NCBI GenBank assembly: GCA_043800555.1
Contig: JAZDMX010000007.1
Location: forward strand, 26,683-90,682
Direction: 5' to 3'
Length of the DNA stretch: 64,000 nucleotides
DNA from: Candidatus Omnitrophota bacterium
GTDB taxonomy: Bacteria > Omnitrophota > Gorgyraeia > Gygaellales > Profunditerraquicolaceae
A model generated the notes under the pieces. It saw only the letters and a program-made list of their open reading frames with translations. It did no database searches and was not told the DNA's origin. Both the position numbers and the translations under genes were made by a program. Positions 52,958 through 61,785 of the stretch are shown here, in pieces. Position 1 is the stretch's first letter; the number at the start of each line of letters is the position of its first letter.

Positions 52958-55238
52958 AGAAACCAGTTTCTCCTCTTTTCTTAAAACTCAAGGCGCCATG
53001 CTTTGAATACAGTATGGCCCCGAATATCAAGACAACGCAAAGCACGATACTAATTATAACACCCGAGTTAGTTATGCGGTAATGAATAATTATGGGGGCG
53101 GCTAAAAGCGAAACCATATTGATTACCTTAATCATCGGGTTTAGCGCCGGGCCGGCAGTATCCTTTAAGGGATCTCCGACAGTGTCTCCGACAACAGAGG
53201 CCTTATGGCTCTCAGAGCCTTTTCCTCCGTATAAACCGTCTTCAATGGTCTTCTTGGCATTATCCCAGGCGCCGCCAGCGGTGGACATAAAAACCGCCAG
53301 GAGTTGGCCGGAAACAATTACGCCTGCGAGGAACCCGCCTAAAGCCTCAACCCTTAAAACCATCCCGATTAAAAGCGGGCTTAACACTGCGATTAAAGCC
53401 AACCCAATAAGTTCTTTTTGCGCGGATATCGTACAGATATCCACCGCCTTCTTGTAATCCGGCTTAACCTTACCTTCCATTAACCCCGGAGTATGGAACT
53501 GCTTACGCACTTCTTCAACAATCAAAGCCGCTGCTCGGGCAACGGAATTAATCATCAGGCTGGAGAATAAACAGGGGATCGCAGCGCCTATCAAAACGCC
53601 GACAAAGACAATCGGCTCAGATACCCTGATACCGGTTGTTAAGAGCCGCAAAGAATCAACTATTCCCATCTGCGCCTGGACCTTGGTAACATCGGTCAGA
53701 AAGGCGCCGAACAAAGAAACCGCGGCAATTACTGCCGAGCCTATGGCCACACCCTTAGTGATCGCCTTAGTAGTATTTCCTACGGCATCAAGGTCCGCCA
53801 TAATCTGGCGCGCCTGTGGCTCTAAATGCGCCATTTCACCAATGCCGTTAGCGTTATCCGCAATAGGCCCGAATGAATCCATAGCCACGTTATTGCCGGT
53901 TAAAGTAAGCATGCCGATACCGGTCATAGCTACCCCGTAAAGGATAAACACAACGGGTTGGCCCCAATAAATCAGGACGGCAGCCATAATGGTAAGGGCG
54001 ATAACTATAAACTGCCAGGCGCTGGATTCAAGGCCGATTGATATGCCGCGTAAAATCAGGGTGGCCGAACCTGTCCTGCTGGAAGAAGCGATTTCTTTTA
54101 CCGGCGCATGATGCGTATGGGTAAAATACTTGGTTACTTCGTCGATAACAATGGCCAAAACAATACCTATGGCCACAGAAAAGAAGGCCCTCCATTCATG
54201 CATATAATAGTGGGCTAAAATCAAGAACGCAGCTATTGAAATCGCGGCAGACGAATAAAACCCGCGATTAATGCTCTTAAACGCATCCTCTCCTTTACCC
54301 GCCTTTTTGCTCCCTTTAACCAGGTACGTCCCGATAATCGAAGAAAGGACTCCGATACCACGCACTAAAAGCGGAAAAACTATCCACTTCAATTCCCCGG
54401 TAATCGAAACTAACGCCAAGCCTAAGATTAATCCGGACACAATCGTTACTTCATATGACTCGAATATATCCGCGGCCATTCCCGCGCAATCGCCGACATT
54501 ATCCCCTACCAGGTCAGCGATAACCGCGGCATTCCTGGGATCGTCTTCAGGGATATTCTTTTCGACTTTCCCTACAAGATCGGCCCCTACATCGGCGGCC
54601 TTAGTATAAATACCTCCGCCGACGCGCATAAAGAGCGCAAGGAGCGTGCCGCCAAAACCAAAACCCAACAAAACATCGGGAGAAGCAATCCCGAAAATAA
54701 TGAATATGGCCGTGCCGCCTAAAAGGCCAAGGCCATCGGTAAGCATGCCGGTAATGGTCCCTGTGCGGTAAGCAATCTTTAGCGCCTCGGCAAAACTCCG
54801 GCGTGAAGCAGAAGCTACCCGGACATTGCCTTCAACTGCCATACGCATCCCGAATTGGCCTACGGTAAGTGAAAAAAATGCGCCCATAACGAATGCCACA
54901 GCCCTGCCAAAACCAACTATAAGTCGCACCAAGTCCGGAGTAAAATTACTAAAACGCTTTAATGCCTCTTCGCTCGGCGGAATGACATATACCGAAAAAA
55001 ACAAAACAGCGGTGAGGGCTAAAATTAAAGGAAGTATGCTTTTTAACTGGCGGCTTAGATAGGCGTCGGCGCCTGTGCGTATCGCATTCCAGACATCCTG
55101 CATGCCTTGAGTCCCCTTATCCTGGCTTAAAACCTGTTTGCGCAAGAAAAGCGCATAACCTAATCCCAAAAAAGCAATTAAAAGCACGCCCCAAATCGCA
55201 ACCATTTCAAAAGCACTCGCATTCATCAAACCTAGCAT
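52956..55238 (-). CDS. hppA: Membrane-integral pyrophosphatase, K+-independent H+-PPase signature
   Basis: GGIYTKAADVGADLVGKVE, DNVGD, GNTTKA (Lys at the K+-dependence site), GDTVGDPLKDTAGP. Confidence 0.95.
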   Translation of the reverse strand: MLGLMNASAFEMVAIWGVLLIAFLGLGYALFLRKQVLSQDKGTQGMQDVWNAIRTGADAYLSRQLKSILPLILALTAVLFFSVYVIPPSEEALKRFSNFTPDLVRLIVGFGRAVAFVMGAFFSLTVGQFGMRMAVEGNVRVASASRRSFAEALKIAYRTGTITGMLTDGLGLLGGTAIFIIFGIASPDVLLGFGFGGTLLALFMRVGGGIYTKAADVGADLVGKVEKNIPEDDPRNAAVIADLVGDNVGDCAGMAADIFESYEVTIVSGLILGLALVSITGELKWIVFPLLVRGIGVLSSIIGTYLVKGSKKAGKGEDAFKSINRGFYSSAAISIAAFLILAHYYMHEWRAFFSVAIGIVLAIVIDEVTKYFTHTHHAPVKEIASSSRTGSATLILRGISIGLESSAWQFIVIALTIMAAVLIYWGQPVVFILYGVAMTGIGMLTLTGNNVAMDSFGPIADNANGIGEMAHLEPQARQIMADLDAVGNTTKAITKGVAIGSAVIAAVSLFGAFLTDVTKVQAQMGIVDSLRLLTTGIRVSEPIVFVGVLIGAAIPCLFSSLMINSVARAAALIVEEVRKQFHTPGLMEGKVKPDYKKAVDICTISAQKELIGLALIAVLSPLLIGMVLRVEALGGFLAGVIVSGQLLAVFMSTAGGAWDNAKKTIEDGLYGGKGSESHKASVVGDTVGDPLKDTAGPALNPMIKVINMVSLLAAPIIIHYRITNSGVIISIVLCVVLIFGAILYSKHGALSFKKRGETGF

Positions 55239-55297
55239 TTTGCTACTTCTCCTTTCCCGTTTCTATACCTACGCTCCTAGCCTTACTTTCTATAGAT

Positions 55298-55705
55298 TTA
55301 TTGAGCCGTCGTTGCCGCAATATTCAAATTCCTGACGCCCGCTGCATTTAAAATATCCAACACGCCTACTATGTCTTTAAAACGCACAAGCCTATCCGAA
55401 CTTACGATTACCCCGAGAGAAGGATTATTCTTGCGCCTTAAACCAATCTTTTCCTTTAACTCCTTGCGAGTCACCACAGTTGCGTCCAGATATACCACGC
55501 CTTCATCAGTTATGGCTATATTAACCGGGCTCATATCATTTACCGGGGCCGCGCTGGAAGCCTGCGGTAAGTTTACTTTAAGGCTCGATTGAAGTATTAA
55601 CGGCGTTGTTATCATGAATATTATCAAAAGAACTAAAATAACGTCGGTAAAAGGAGTTATGTTTATCTCGGCGATTAATCTTTGTTTGGGCTTGCGTAAG
55701 TTCAT
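55298..55705 (-). CDS. exbD: ExbD/TolR biopolymer transport protein
   Basis: EINITPFTDVILVLLIIFM, VNLP. Confidence 0.92.
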   Translation of the reverse strand: MNLRKPKQRLIAEINITPFTDVILVLLIIFMITTPLILQSSLKVNLPQASSAAPVNDMSPVNIAITDEGVVYLDATVVTRKELKEKIGLRRKNNPSLGVIVSSDRLVRFKDIVGVLDILNAAGVRNLNIAATTAQ

Positions 55706-56367
55706 TTCCGCTTAATGGCCGGGCCTTCGGCCCCGCCAGATGTTGATGGCGAGCGTAACCGGACCATCAATAAATCCATTGTTTCAGAAGCGCACAATTC
55801 CATATCGGTAATAAAATTATCTATCGACTTACTGAAATAATTATACGCGATAACCGCGGGTACCGCAACACAAAGGCCCATAGCCGTGCAAGCCAAAGAT
55901 TCGGATATACCGCTGATAACTACGCTTATACCTCCGGAGCCAGCCATCGATATATCGTGAAAAGCCCGGATAATTCCCAGAACCGTGCCAAAAAGACCGA
56001 TATAAACAGCCGTGCTTCCGATTGTCCCTACTACGCTTGTATATCTCTCAAGTTTAACCGTTTCAATCGCTATCTCTCTTTCCATGGTGTTGGATATGAG
56101 CATTTCGCTATGGCCGGCTAAATTCAGCCCCGCATACACGACGCTTGAAAAAGGGGTGTCCGTATTCTTGCAGGTATCCAGGGCCCTGGTTGTATTCCCT
56201 TTTTCCAGTTCTCCCGATACCTCCGACATAAAATCCGTTCTTTTTATCCTGGATCTCTTACGGTAATAAAAATACCTCTCCATGATAATAGCTAACGATA
56301 AAATCGAGCAAGCTAAAAGTATATATATCGTTAAACCGCCGCTTCGAAGCATCTGCCATATGGTCAT
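55702..56367 (-). CDS. exbB: MotA/TolQ/ExbB proton-channel protein
   Basis: IGLFGTVLGIIRAF, GISESL.CTA.GL.VAVPAVIAYN. Confidence 0.9.
   Translation of the reverse strand: MTIWQMLRSGGLTIYILLACSILSLAIIMERYFYYRKRSRIKRTDFMSEVSGELEKGNTTRALDTCKNTDTPFSSVVYAGLNLAGHSEMLISNTMEREIAIETVKLERYTSVVGTIGSTAVYIGLFGTVLGIIRAFHDISMAGSGGISVVISGISESLACTAMGLCVAVPAVIAYNYFSKSIDNFITDMELCASETMDLLMVRLRSPSTSGGAEGPAIKRK
55741..55772. repeat. TTGATGG...CCATCAA hairpin element in the exbB 3' end
   Basis: TGTTGATGGCGAGCGTAACCGGACCATCAATA; encodes LMVRLRSPST. Confidence 0.55.
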
Positions 56368-56428
56368 TTATTGCCTCCCTATCAAAATAAAATAGCGCAT
56401 TATAGATCGCGGGCAAATCCGCCATCCC

Positions 56429-57031
56429 TTATCTACCATGCATCACTCTCTTTCTCTTCTTGGCGTAAACTAAATTCAGTATCTTGTATGCCAAAAATAT
56501 CAATATTGCAAAAATAACGAGAATTAAAACCACCTTTGTATATTTCACGATTGCCGCCCCGAAAAGGGCCAAAAGCAATATCCTGGGAATTACTCCGATT
56601 AATGTGCAAAATACGAATGGCACAAACGGTATGCAGGTAATGCCCGCGGCAATTGAAAAAACCTTAAACGGGACTATCGGAATCACCCTGCCGATAAGAA
56701 CGCTCATTACTCCGTATTTTTTGGCAAACTCCTCTGCCTTATAAATATGCTGGGGCTTAATAAGTATGAACCTGCCAAACTTCAATAATACCGGCATAGC
56801 AGCATACCTGCCGAGGCAATACCCTACCATGGCCCCCAAGGTCGAACCTAGCGAACCGAAGATAAGGACTGAGCCTAAAGGGATTCCGATTGCGCCGGCG
56901 CTCACGATGATCACTTCAGACGGTATCGGCACTATGCATGATTCAAAGAACATGGCCAGAAAAACGCCTAAATCCCCGAATTTAGGGATTAGGCCGGTTA
57001 AATCATGCTGCAGCAAACTGGATAAATGCAC
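56429..57031 (-). CDS. DedA family membrane protein
   Basis: ESCIVPIPSE, GSTLGA..GY, GRVIP. Confidence 0.92.
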   Translation of the reverse strand: MHLSSLLQHDLTGLIPKFGDLGVFLAMFFESCIVPIPSEVIIVSAGAIGIPLGSVLIFGSLGSTLGAMVGYCLGRYAAMPVLLKFGRFILIKPQHIYKAEEFAKKYGVMSVLIGRVIPIVPFKVFSIAAGITCIPFVPFVFCTLIGVIPRILLLALFGAAIVKYTKVVLILVIFAILIFLAYKILNLVYAKKRKRVMHGR

Positions 57032-57040
57032 AATCCCCTT

Positions 57041-57397
57041 CTATTGCTTATAATGAAAAACTACTCTCAGTTTATTTTTATCCAATTGCGCCAACTCTAC
57101 CTCTTTAGTCGCCTCCAGCGCCTTTTTCGGGCAGGAATCTACGCACTGCGCGCAATAAATGCAACGGCTCAGATCAAACACAGCTTCAAATTTATTCTCG
57201 CCGGTTTTATTAATGGTAATGGCATTGGTCGGGCAATCCCGCATGCACATTTTGCAGCCAATGCATTTTTCGGGATCAAATTTAATTTTCCCCCGGAACC
57301 TATCCGGCATCTCCAACTTTTGCGCCGGATATAAATTCGTAGCCGGTTTCTTAAAGATAGAACCCAAGACCTCCCTCAACATCTTTGCCGGTCTCAT
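57041..57397 (-). CDS. 2x[4Fe-4S] subunit of the membrane-bound hydrogenase (NuoI/EchF-like)
   Basis: CIGCKMCMRDCP and CIYCAQCVDSCP. Confidence 0.93.
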   Translation of the reverse strand: MRPAKMLREVLGSIFKKPATNLYPAQKLEMPDRFRGKIKFDPEKCIGCKMCMRDCPTNAITINKTGENKFEAVFDLSRCIYCAQCVDSCPKKALEATKEVELAQLDKNKLRVVFHYKQ

Positions 57398-58335
57398 TTT
57401 AAAAAGGCTCCTTTCAAGATAAGGTTAAGCAAAAGTTGCAATAGCGCTAAGGGAACCAGGAATTTCCAACAAAAACTAATCATCTGGTCTATGCGCAGGC
57501 GCGCCACAACTGTGCGTAATAACGCGATCAAACTTACGATACATAAGACCTTGATAACAAAAATCATAAACCCTAACACGGGATTTACGTTTAAGCCAAA
57601 AGGAAAAAATACCAACGCCAACAAAGCGCTTCCGGCAATCATTTCTACGTCCAGGGTCATTCTTAAAAAAGCAAGCATCCTCCCGCTATATTCGGTAAAA
57701 CCTCCGGCGACTACTTCTGTTTCGGCTTCCGGGATATCAAAAGGCACCTTTTCAAGCTTGCCCAGCAAACTAACTAAAGATACGCCAAAACCTAACAAGT
57801 TAAACGCCCAAAACCACGGATGCGCCATATAAAAATCCGCTAATTTCTTTAACGACCAGGTATCTGCCAGGAGCGCCGAAGAAAGAATGCCCATAAACAG
57901 CGGGACCTCATAGGCAAATAACTGGGTAAGCGAGCGCACTGAACCGATCCTGGAATATAACGAAGTTGAATACCAGCCGCCGATAAAAAATGCCAAAGTT
58001 GGCAGCGTCAACAAATAAAGCACAACTATGATATCGCCGTTAAAAGAAAAAAGCGCGCCTGTTTTCCAAAGAGGAATGTAGAGAAACGCGGTTACTGCCG
58101 AAGCCAAAGCAAATATCGGGGCAATTTTAAACATCTTAGGGTTGGACTCAGCCGGGATAATATCTTCTTTAGCCAAAAGCTTGATAAAATCCGCGAAAGG
58201 CTGAAACCACGGCGGCCCGACCCTGTTTTGCAACCGGGCATAAATCTTCCGATCGATGAATTCCGCGATTAAGGCGAAAATGACCAAGAAAATCAACCCC
58301 GGGAACACAATGATATAAAATAATGATCCTGCCAT
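57394..58335 (-). CDS. NuoH/EchB-like membrane subunit
   Basis: RKIYARLQNRVGPP.FQPFADFIKLL.KE, PFDIPEAETE..GFTEYSG; start moved to MAGSL. Confidence 0.93.
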   Translation of the reverse strand: MAGSLFYIIVFPGLIFLVIFALIAEFIDRKIYARLQNRVGPPWFQPFADFIKLLAKEDIIPAESNPKMFKIAPIFALASAVTAFLYIPLWKTGALFSFNGDIIVVLYLLTLPTLAFFIGGWYSTSLYSRIGSVRSLTQLFAYEVPLFMGILSSALLADTWSLKKLADFYMAHPWFWAFNLLGFGVSLVSLLGKLEKVPFDIPEAETEVVAGGFTEYSGRMLAFLRMTLDVEMIAGSALLALVFFPFGLNVNPVLGFMIFVIKVLCIVSLIALLRTVVARLRIDQMISFCWKFLVPLALLQLLLNLILKGAFLK

Positions 58336-58365
58336 AATTGCCTCAACACCCTCTCTAACCACAAA

Positions 58366-58420
58366 ATTCCAATGCGGGTTTGGAACGTGCTTAAAACCTA
58401 TTCCAAACCCGCATTGGAAT
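58366..58420. repeat. TTCCAATGCGGG-family doublet, copy 5
   Basis: ATTCCAATGCGGGTTTGGAA-CGTGCTTAAAACCTA-TTCCAAACCCGCATTGGAAT. Confidence 0.95.
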
Positions 58421-58428
58421 AGGTTTAA

Positions 58429-59664
58429 TTACTTCGATAACCTATCCTGAAGCTTTTTATTAAGCGGGGTAAAATCTATTCCCCGTTCCCTATGCCATTG
58501 TACGCTGTAAGCATGCAAAGCGGACCAGTTAACTACTTTGTCCCCGGCGCAATCCTGCTCCCTCAAACGGACCATCCGGTCAGTGCAGGAAAAACACGGG
58601 TCAATTGCCGCAATCACTATCGGCATGTCTGCCAAGAATCTATCGCGAAGCATATGCTTTACCGCCTGGACATTGGCTAAAGTAGGAGCCCTGATTTTCA
58701 CCCTATCCGGTTTTTCAGTGCCGTTAGATTTAACATAATGCACATCTTCTCCACGCGGAGCCTCATAACGGCTGATTGCCTCTCCGGCAGGGATCTTACG
58801 CGGCGCCCTTACTGCTACCGGGCCATCGGGCAAATTCTTAAGCGCCTGGCGGATAATTTTATAACTCTCCAAGAGTTCTTTCACCCGCACCACCGTCCTG
58901 CCGTAAACATCGCAATGATCATCGGTAACCACATTAAAAGAAAGCTCCCCGTAAGCGGCATAAGGATCATCGGCCCGGACATCCCGCTTAACTCCGCTTG
59001 CCCGGGCAGTCGGCCCTACTGCGTCAAGCCGCAAAACATCTTCACGCAAAAGTATTCCTACCCCGGATAATCTTTTAATTATAGTAGTTTCTTCGGTAGC
59101 AACCTCAATATAATATTTGGTCCTTTCTTCGAGAGTTTCCAGCCCTTTAAGTATCTCCTGCGCCTGTTGGGGGCTTATGTCGCGCCGGACTCCGCCAATA
59201 GTATTCATCCCGTAATTAACCCTATTGCCGCTAATAGAAGCGAGTATATCCATTACCACTTCCCTGTCCCTCCATGAATACATAAGCAAGGTATCGAAAC
59301 CGATTTCATGTCCGGCGACACCCAACCATAAAAGATGGCTATGGATTCTTTCTAATTCAGCAATGATGGTGCGGATATACAAGGCCCGAGGCGGGACAGC
59401 TAATCCGGCAATCTCTTCAACCGCTTGGATAAAACACGTAGAATGAGAATGCGAACAGATACCGCAGACGCGTTCGATAAGGTAGATATCCTGTATATAA
59501 GTCCTCTCTTCGGCTGCCTTTTCTATGCCGCGATGATTATAGCCCAAGCGGATATCCACGCCAAGGATCTTCTCGCCTTTAAGCGCGACGCTAAAACCTT
59601 CCGGTTCTTTTAAGGCCGGGTGCTGAGGGCCAATTGGAATCTTAAAATCTGGTGAATTACGCAT
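58429..59664 (-). CDS. Group 4 [NiFe]-hydrogenase large subunit
   Basis: L1 ERVCGICSHSH and L2 DPCFSCTDR, both CxxC intact; EAPRGE; C-terminal extension. Confidence 0.93.
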   Translation of the reverse strand: MRNSPDFKIPIGPQHPALKEPEGFSVALKGEKILGVDIRLGYNHRGIEKAAEERTYIQDIYLIERVCGICSHSHSTCFIQAVEEIAGLAVPPRALYIRTIIAELERIHSHLLWLGVAGHEIGFDTLLMYSWRDREVVMDILASISGNRVNYGMNTIGGVRRDISPQQAQEILKGLETLEERTKYYIEVATEETTIIKRLSGVGILLREDVLRLDAVGPTARASGVKRDVRADDPYAAYGELSFNVVTDDHCDVYGRTVVRVKELLESYKIIRQALKNLPDGPVAVRAPRKIPAGEAISRYEAPRGEDVHYVKSNGTEKPDRVKIRAPTLANVQAVKHMLRDRFLADMPIVIAAIDPCFSCTDRMVRLREQDCAGDKVVNWSALHAYSVQWHRERGIDFTPLNKKLQDRLSK

Positions 59665-60136
59665 TTTTGCCTACCTCGCCTTCTTTAGCCGGCTTGGCTT
59701 TCCAGTCTTTCCTCAAAGGATACTCGCCGGCTGGCCAGTCATCGGTCAAGGGATACCGATTACCAGAGCCTAAACCATCAACCTCGGCTCCGAACAAATC
59801 CACTAACTCCCTCTCGTAAATCTCCGCACCGGGAAAATAAGGAATAACCGTCTTGATTACTGGAGCGTTTTTTGGGGCAGCCGTCTTTAGATTAACCAAA
59901 ATCCCTGAATCAGCTGCCAAATGGTATATAAATCCCAATGTTTCCTGCTCATCCAAGCCGGTTATCGTGCATAAATGCGAAAATCGCAGGTCCTTGGCTA
60001 AATACGCAAAAACCGGCATAAAATTATCCAAACCGACTTCAACGGATATGCGCCGGGGCCGGATTATCCTGACGGAATCGCTAAGATAATTAAACTTGTT
60101 AACTAGGCTCTCTTTAATTTCTTCTTCCTGGGACAT
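59657..60136 (-). CDS. NuoC/EchD-like subunit
   Basis: HLCTITGLD, YERELVDLFG, WPAGEYPLRKD. Confidence 0.9.
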   Translation of the reverse strand: MSQEEEIKESLVNKFNYLSDSVRIIRPRRISVEVGLDNFMPVFAYLAKDLRFSHLCTITGLDEQETLGFIYHLAADSGILVNLKTAAPKNAPVIKTVIPYFPGAEIYERELVDLFGAEVDGLGSGNRYPLTDDWPAGEYPLRKDWKAKPAKEGEVGKNA

Positions 60137-60138
60137 AA

Positions 60139-60597
60139 TTACCTCCCGCTCTTCTTAATTTCTTCTTTTTCTTCAAGGCTAGTCAAAAGTTTGACCACGC
60201 CATCAATAATTGCCTTGGGGCTGGCCGGGCAACCCGGGATATATGCTGAGACAGGAATAACTTTATCTATACCCGAAGCTACGTTATAACATTTATCAAA
60301 CACGCCGCCGGAACAAGCGCAGGTACCAACCGCCACCACGAATTTCGGCTCAGGCATCTGTTCATAAATGCGGCGCAGCCTGTCTTCTATCTGTTTGGTT
60401 ACCGGGCCTGAACAAACCAAAACATCCGCATGGCGAGGCGTTCCTTTCAAGACCACCCCAAAACGCTCCAAATCATACCTTGGGGTTAAGGCAGCAATGA
60501 TTTCAATATCGCAAGCATTGCAGGCTCCGGTATTGAAATGCAAAATCCACGGTGATTTTATCCTTGCCCAAGTAACTATTTTCTTGACTAAACCCAT
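60139..60597 (-). CDS. Hydrogenase small subunit (NuoB/EchC-like)
   Basis: GACNACDIE, PRHAD, GTCACSGG, PGCP; start moved to MGLVKK (the ORF-track extension is repeat-derived). Confidence 0.93.
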   Translation of the reverse strand: MGLVKKIVTWARIKSPWILHFNTGACNACDIEIIAALTPRYDLERFGVVLKGTPRHADVLVCSGPVTKQIEDRLRRIYEQMPEPKFVVAVGTCACSGGVFDKCYNVASGIDKVIPVSAYIPGCPASPKAIIDGVVKLLTSLEEKEEIKKSGR

Positions 60598-60607
60598 AAT
60601 CTTAACC

Positions 60608-60664
60608 AGTTCCAATGCGGGTTTGGAATAGGTTTTGAGCACGTTCCAAACCCGCATTGGAACT
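60608..60664. repeat. TTCCAATGCGGG-family doublet, copy 6 (inverted relative to copy 5)
   Basis: AGTTCCAATGCGGGTTTGGAA-TAGGTTTTGAGCACG-TTCCAAACCCGCATTGGAACT; loop is the reverse complement of the copy 5 loop with one mismatch. Confidence 0.95.
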
Positions 60665-60667
60665 TAC

Positions 60668-61000
60668 CTATTTCCTTAATAATACATATAAACCAATGAT
60701 ACCGCCGATAATATAAAAAATAGCCATAATCAAAGCGCCAATATTAACAAAATGCATAGTAGCAATCATCAAAGTAGAGACATGCGCTAAAGTAAAGAAA
60801 AAAGCAAAAGGAAAAAACTGGCTGTAATCAGGCTGCGCGGAATTATCAAAATTACTCTCTCCGCAGGCATAAGATTCATAGGAGTCTGCCTTGGGTTTAT
60901 TCGAGCGATATGCCAGCCTAGAAAATAAACGGTTAAGCAGGAATAATAAAACCAGCACTATTACAAAAGCTACTGCCGGATTAGCAAGCCAGTTACCCAT
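60668..61000 (-). CDS. NuoA-like membrane subunit
   Basis: YESYACGE loop, FFPFAFFFT, three TMs. Confidence 0.8.
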   Translation of the reverse strand: MGNWLANPAVAFVIVLVLLFLLNRLFSRLAYRSNKPKADSYESYACGESNFDNSAQPDYSQFFPFAFFFTLAHVSTLMIATMHFVNIGALIMAIFYIIGGIIGLYVLLRK

Positions 61001-61006
61001 TAAAAA

Positions 61007-61300
61007 TTATCCTTTCAGCTTCCTGATGTTCCTTGCGTCCAATGAATTGGTGTGGCGATGGATCCCTAAAACAACGCCAACCGCTACAGTCATGATTACG
61101 ACTTCTATTACAATAATAGTAATTACCAGCGCCTGGGCCAAAGCCAGGTTACCGCTTTTTAAGCCAGCAGATATAACTAAAAGCGTAACCGCTTTAATCA
61201 GGATTTCGATTCCGATTAAAACCCGGATTAAATTATGGGTCGCCAGGATGCAGTAAATTCCGATAACAAAAAGTAAAACTACAAAAATTCCGCTAACCAC
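61007..61300 (-). CDS. NuoK/MrpC-like membrane subunit
   Basis: NLIRVLIGIEIL, AQALVITIIVIEV, LKG C-terminus; probable GTG start at 61300. Confidence 0.88.
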   Translation of the reverse strand: MVSGIFVVLLFVIGIYCILATHNLIRVLIGIEILIKAVTLLVISAGLKSGNLALAQALVITIIVIEVVIMTVAVGVVLGIHRHTNSLDARNIRKLKG

Positions 61301-61784
61301 CCTTCTTCCTTTCCTTAAATAATACCACGACTCCGAAAACTCCGGTAAAGAGTATGATAATCTGCCCCAGTAAATCAAGCTGCCTTAAATGCCATAAAAC
61401 CAGGCGCGGGTCAGGCTCAACTTCGGGTAAAGGTAATTTCGCCTTAAAGCTCATGCTCGCTAAGCCAAGCGCTATCCCCAGAATTATTATTATCAAAGGC
61501 AGCCCCCGGAAACGCTCAAGCCTTGACTTCATATGCTCGATAACCTCTTTATGAGTCATAGCCTGAGTCAGGCTGATTACGCTGATAAACAAAACCGGGA
61601 TTAACCCTGCGCAAACAGACAATTCAAAGACTGCCGCCAAGGAAGCGTTCATCCTGAAAATTATCAAAGTCAAAACCGCGCTCATTAAGGCTAGGCCGAT
61701 AGCCGAACGTAAAAGGCTCCTGGTCATTACTGTCCAGAGCGCCGCGATAACCAATAACACTAAAATCAACACATCCAGGAACAA
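61293..61784 (-). CDS. NuoJ-like membrane subunit
   Basis: SLLRSAIGLA, AVFELSVCAGLI; TTG start behind GGAGG. Confidence 0.8.
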   Translation of the reverse strand: MFLDVLILVLLVIAALWTVMTRSLLRSAIGLALMSAVLTLIIFRMNASLAAVFELSVCAGLIPVLFISVISLTQAMTHKEVIEHMKSRLERFRGLPLIIIILGIALGLASMSFKAKLPLPEVEPDPRLVLWHLRQLDLLGQIIILFTGVFGVVVLFKERKKGG

Positions 61785-61785
61785 A

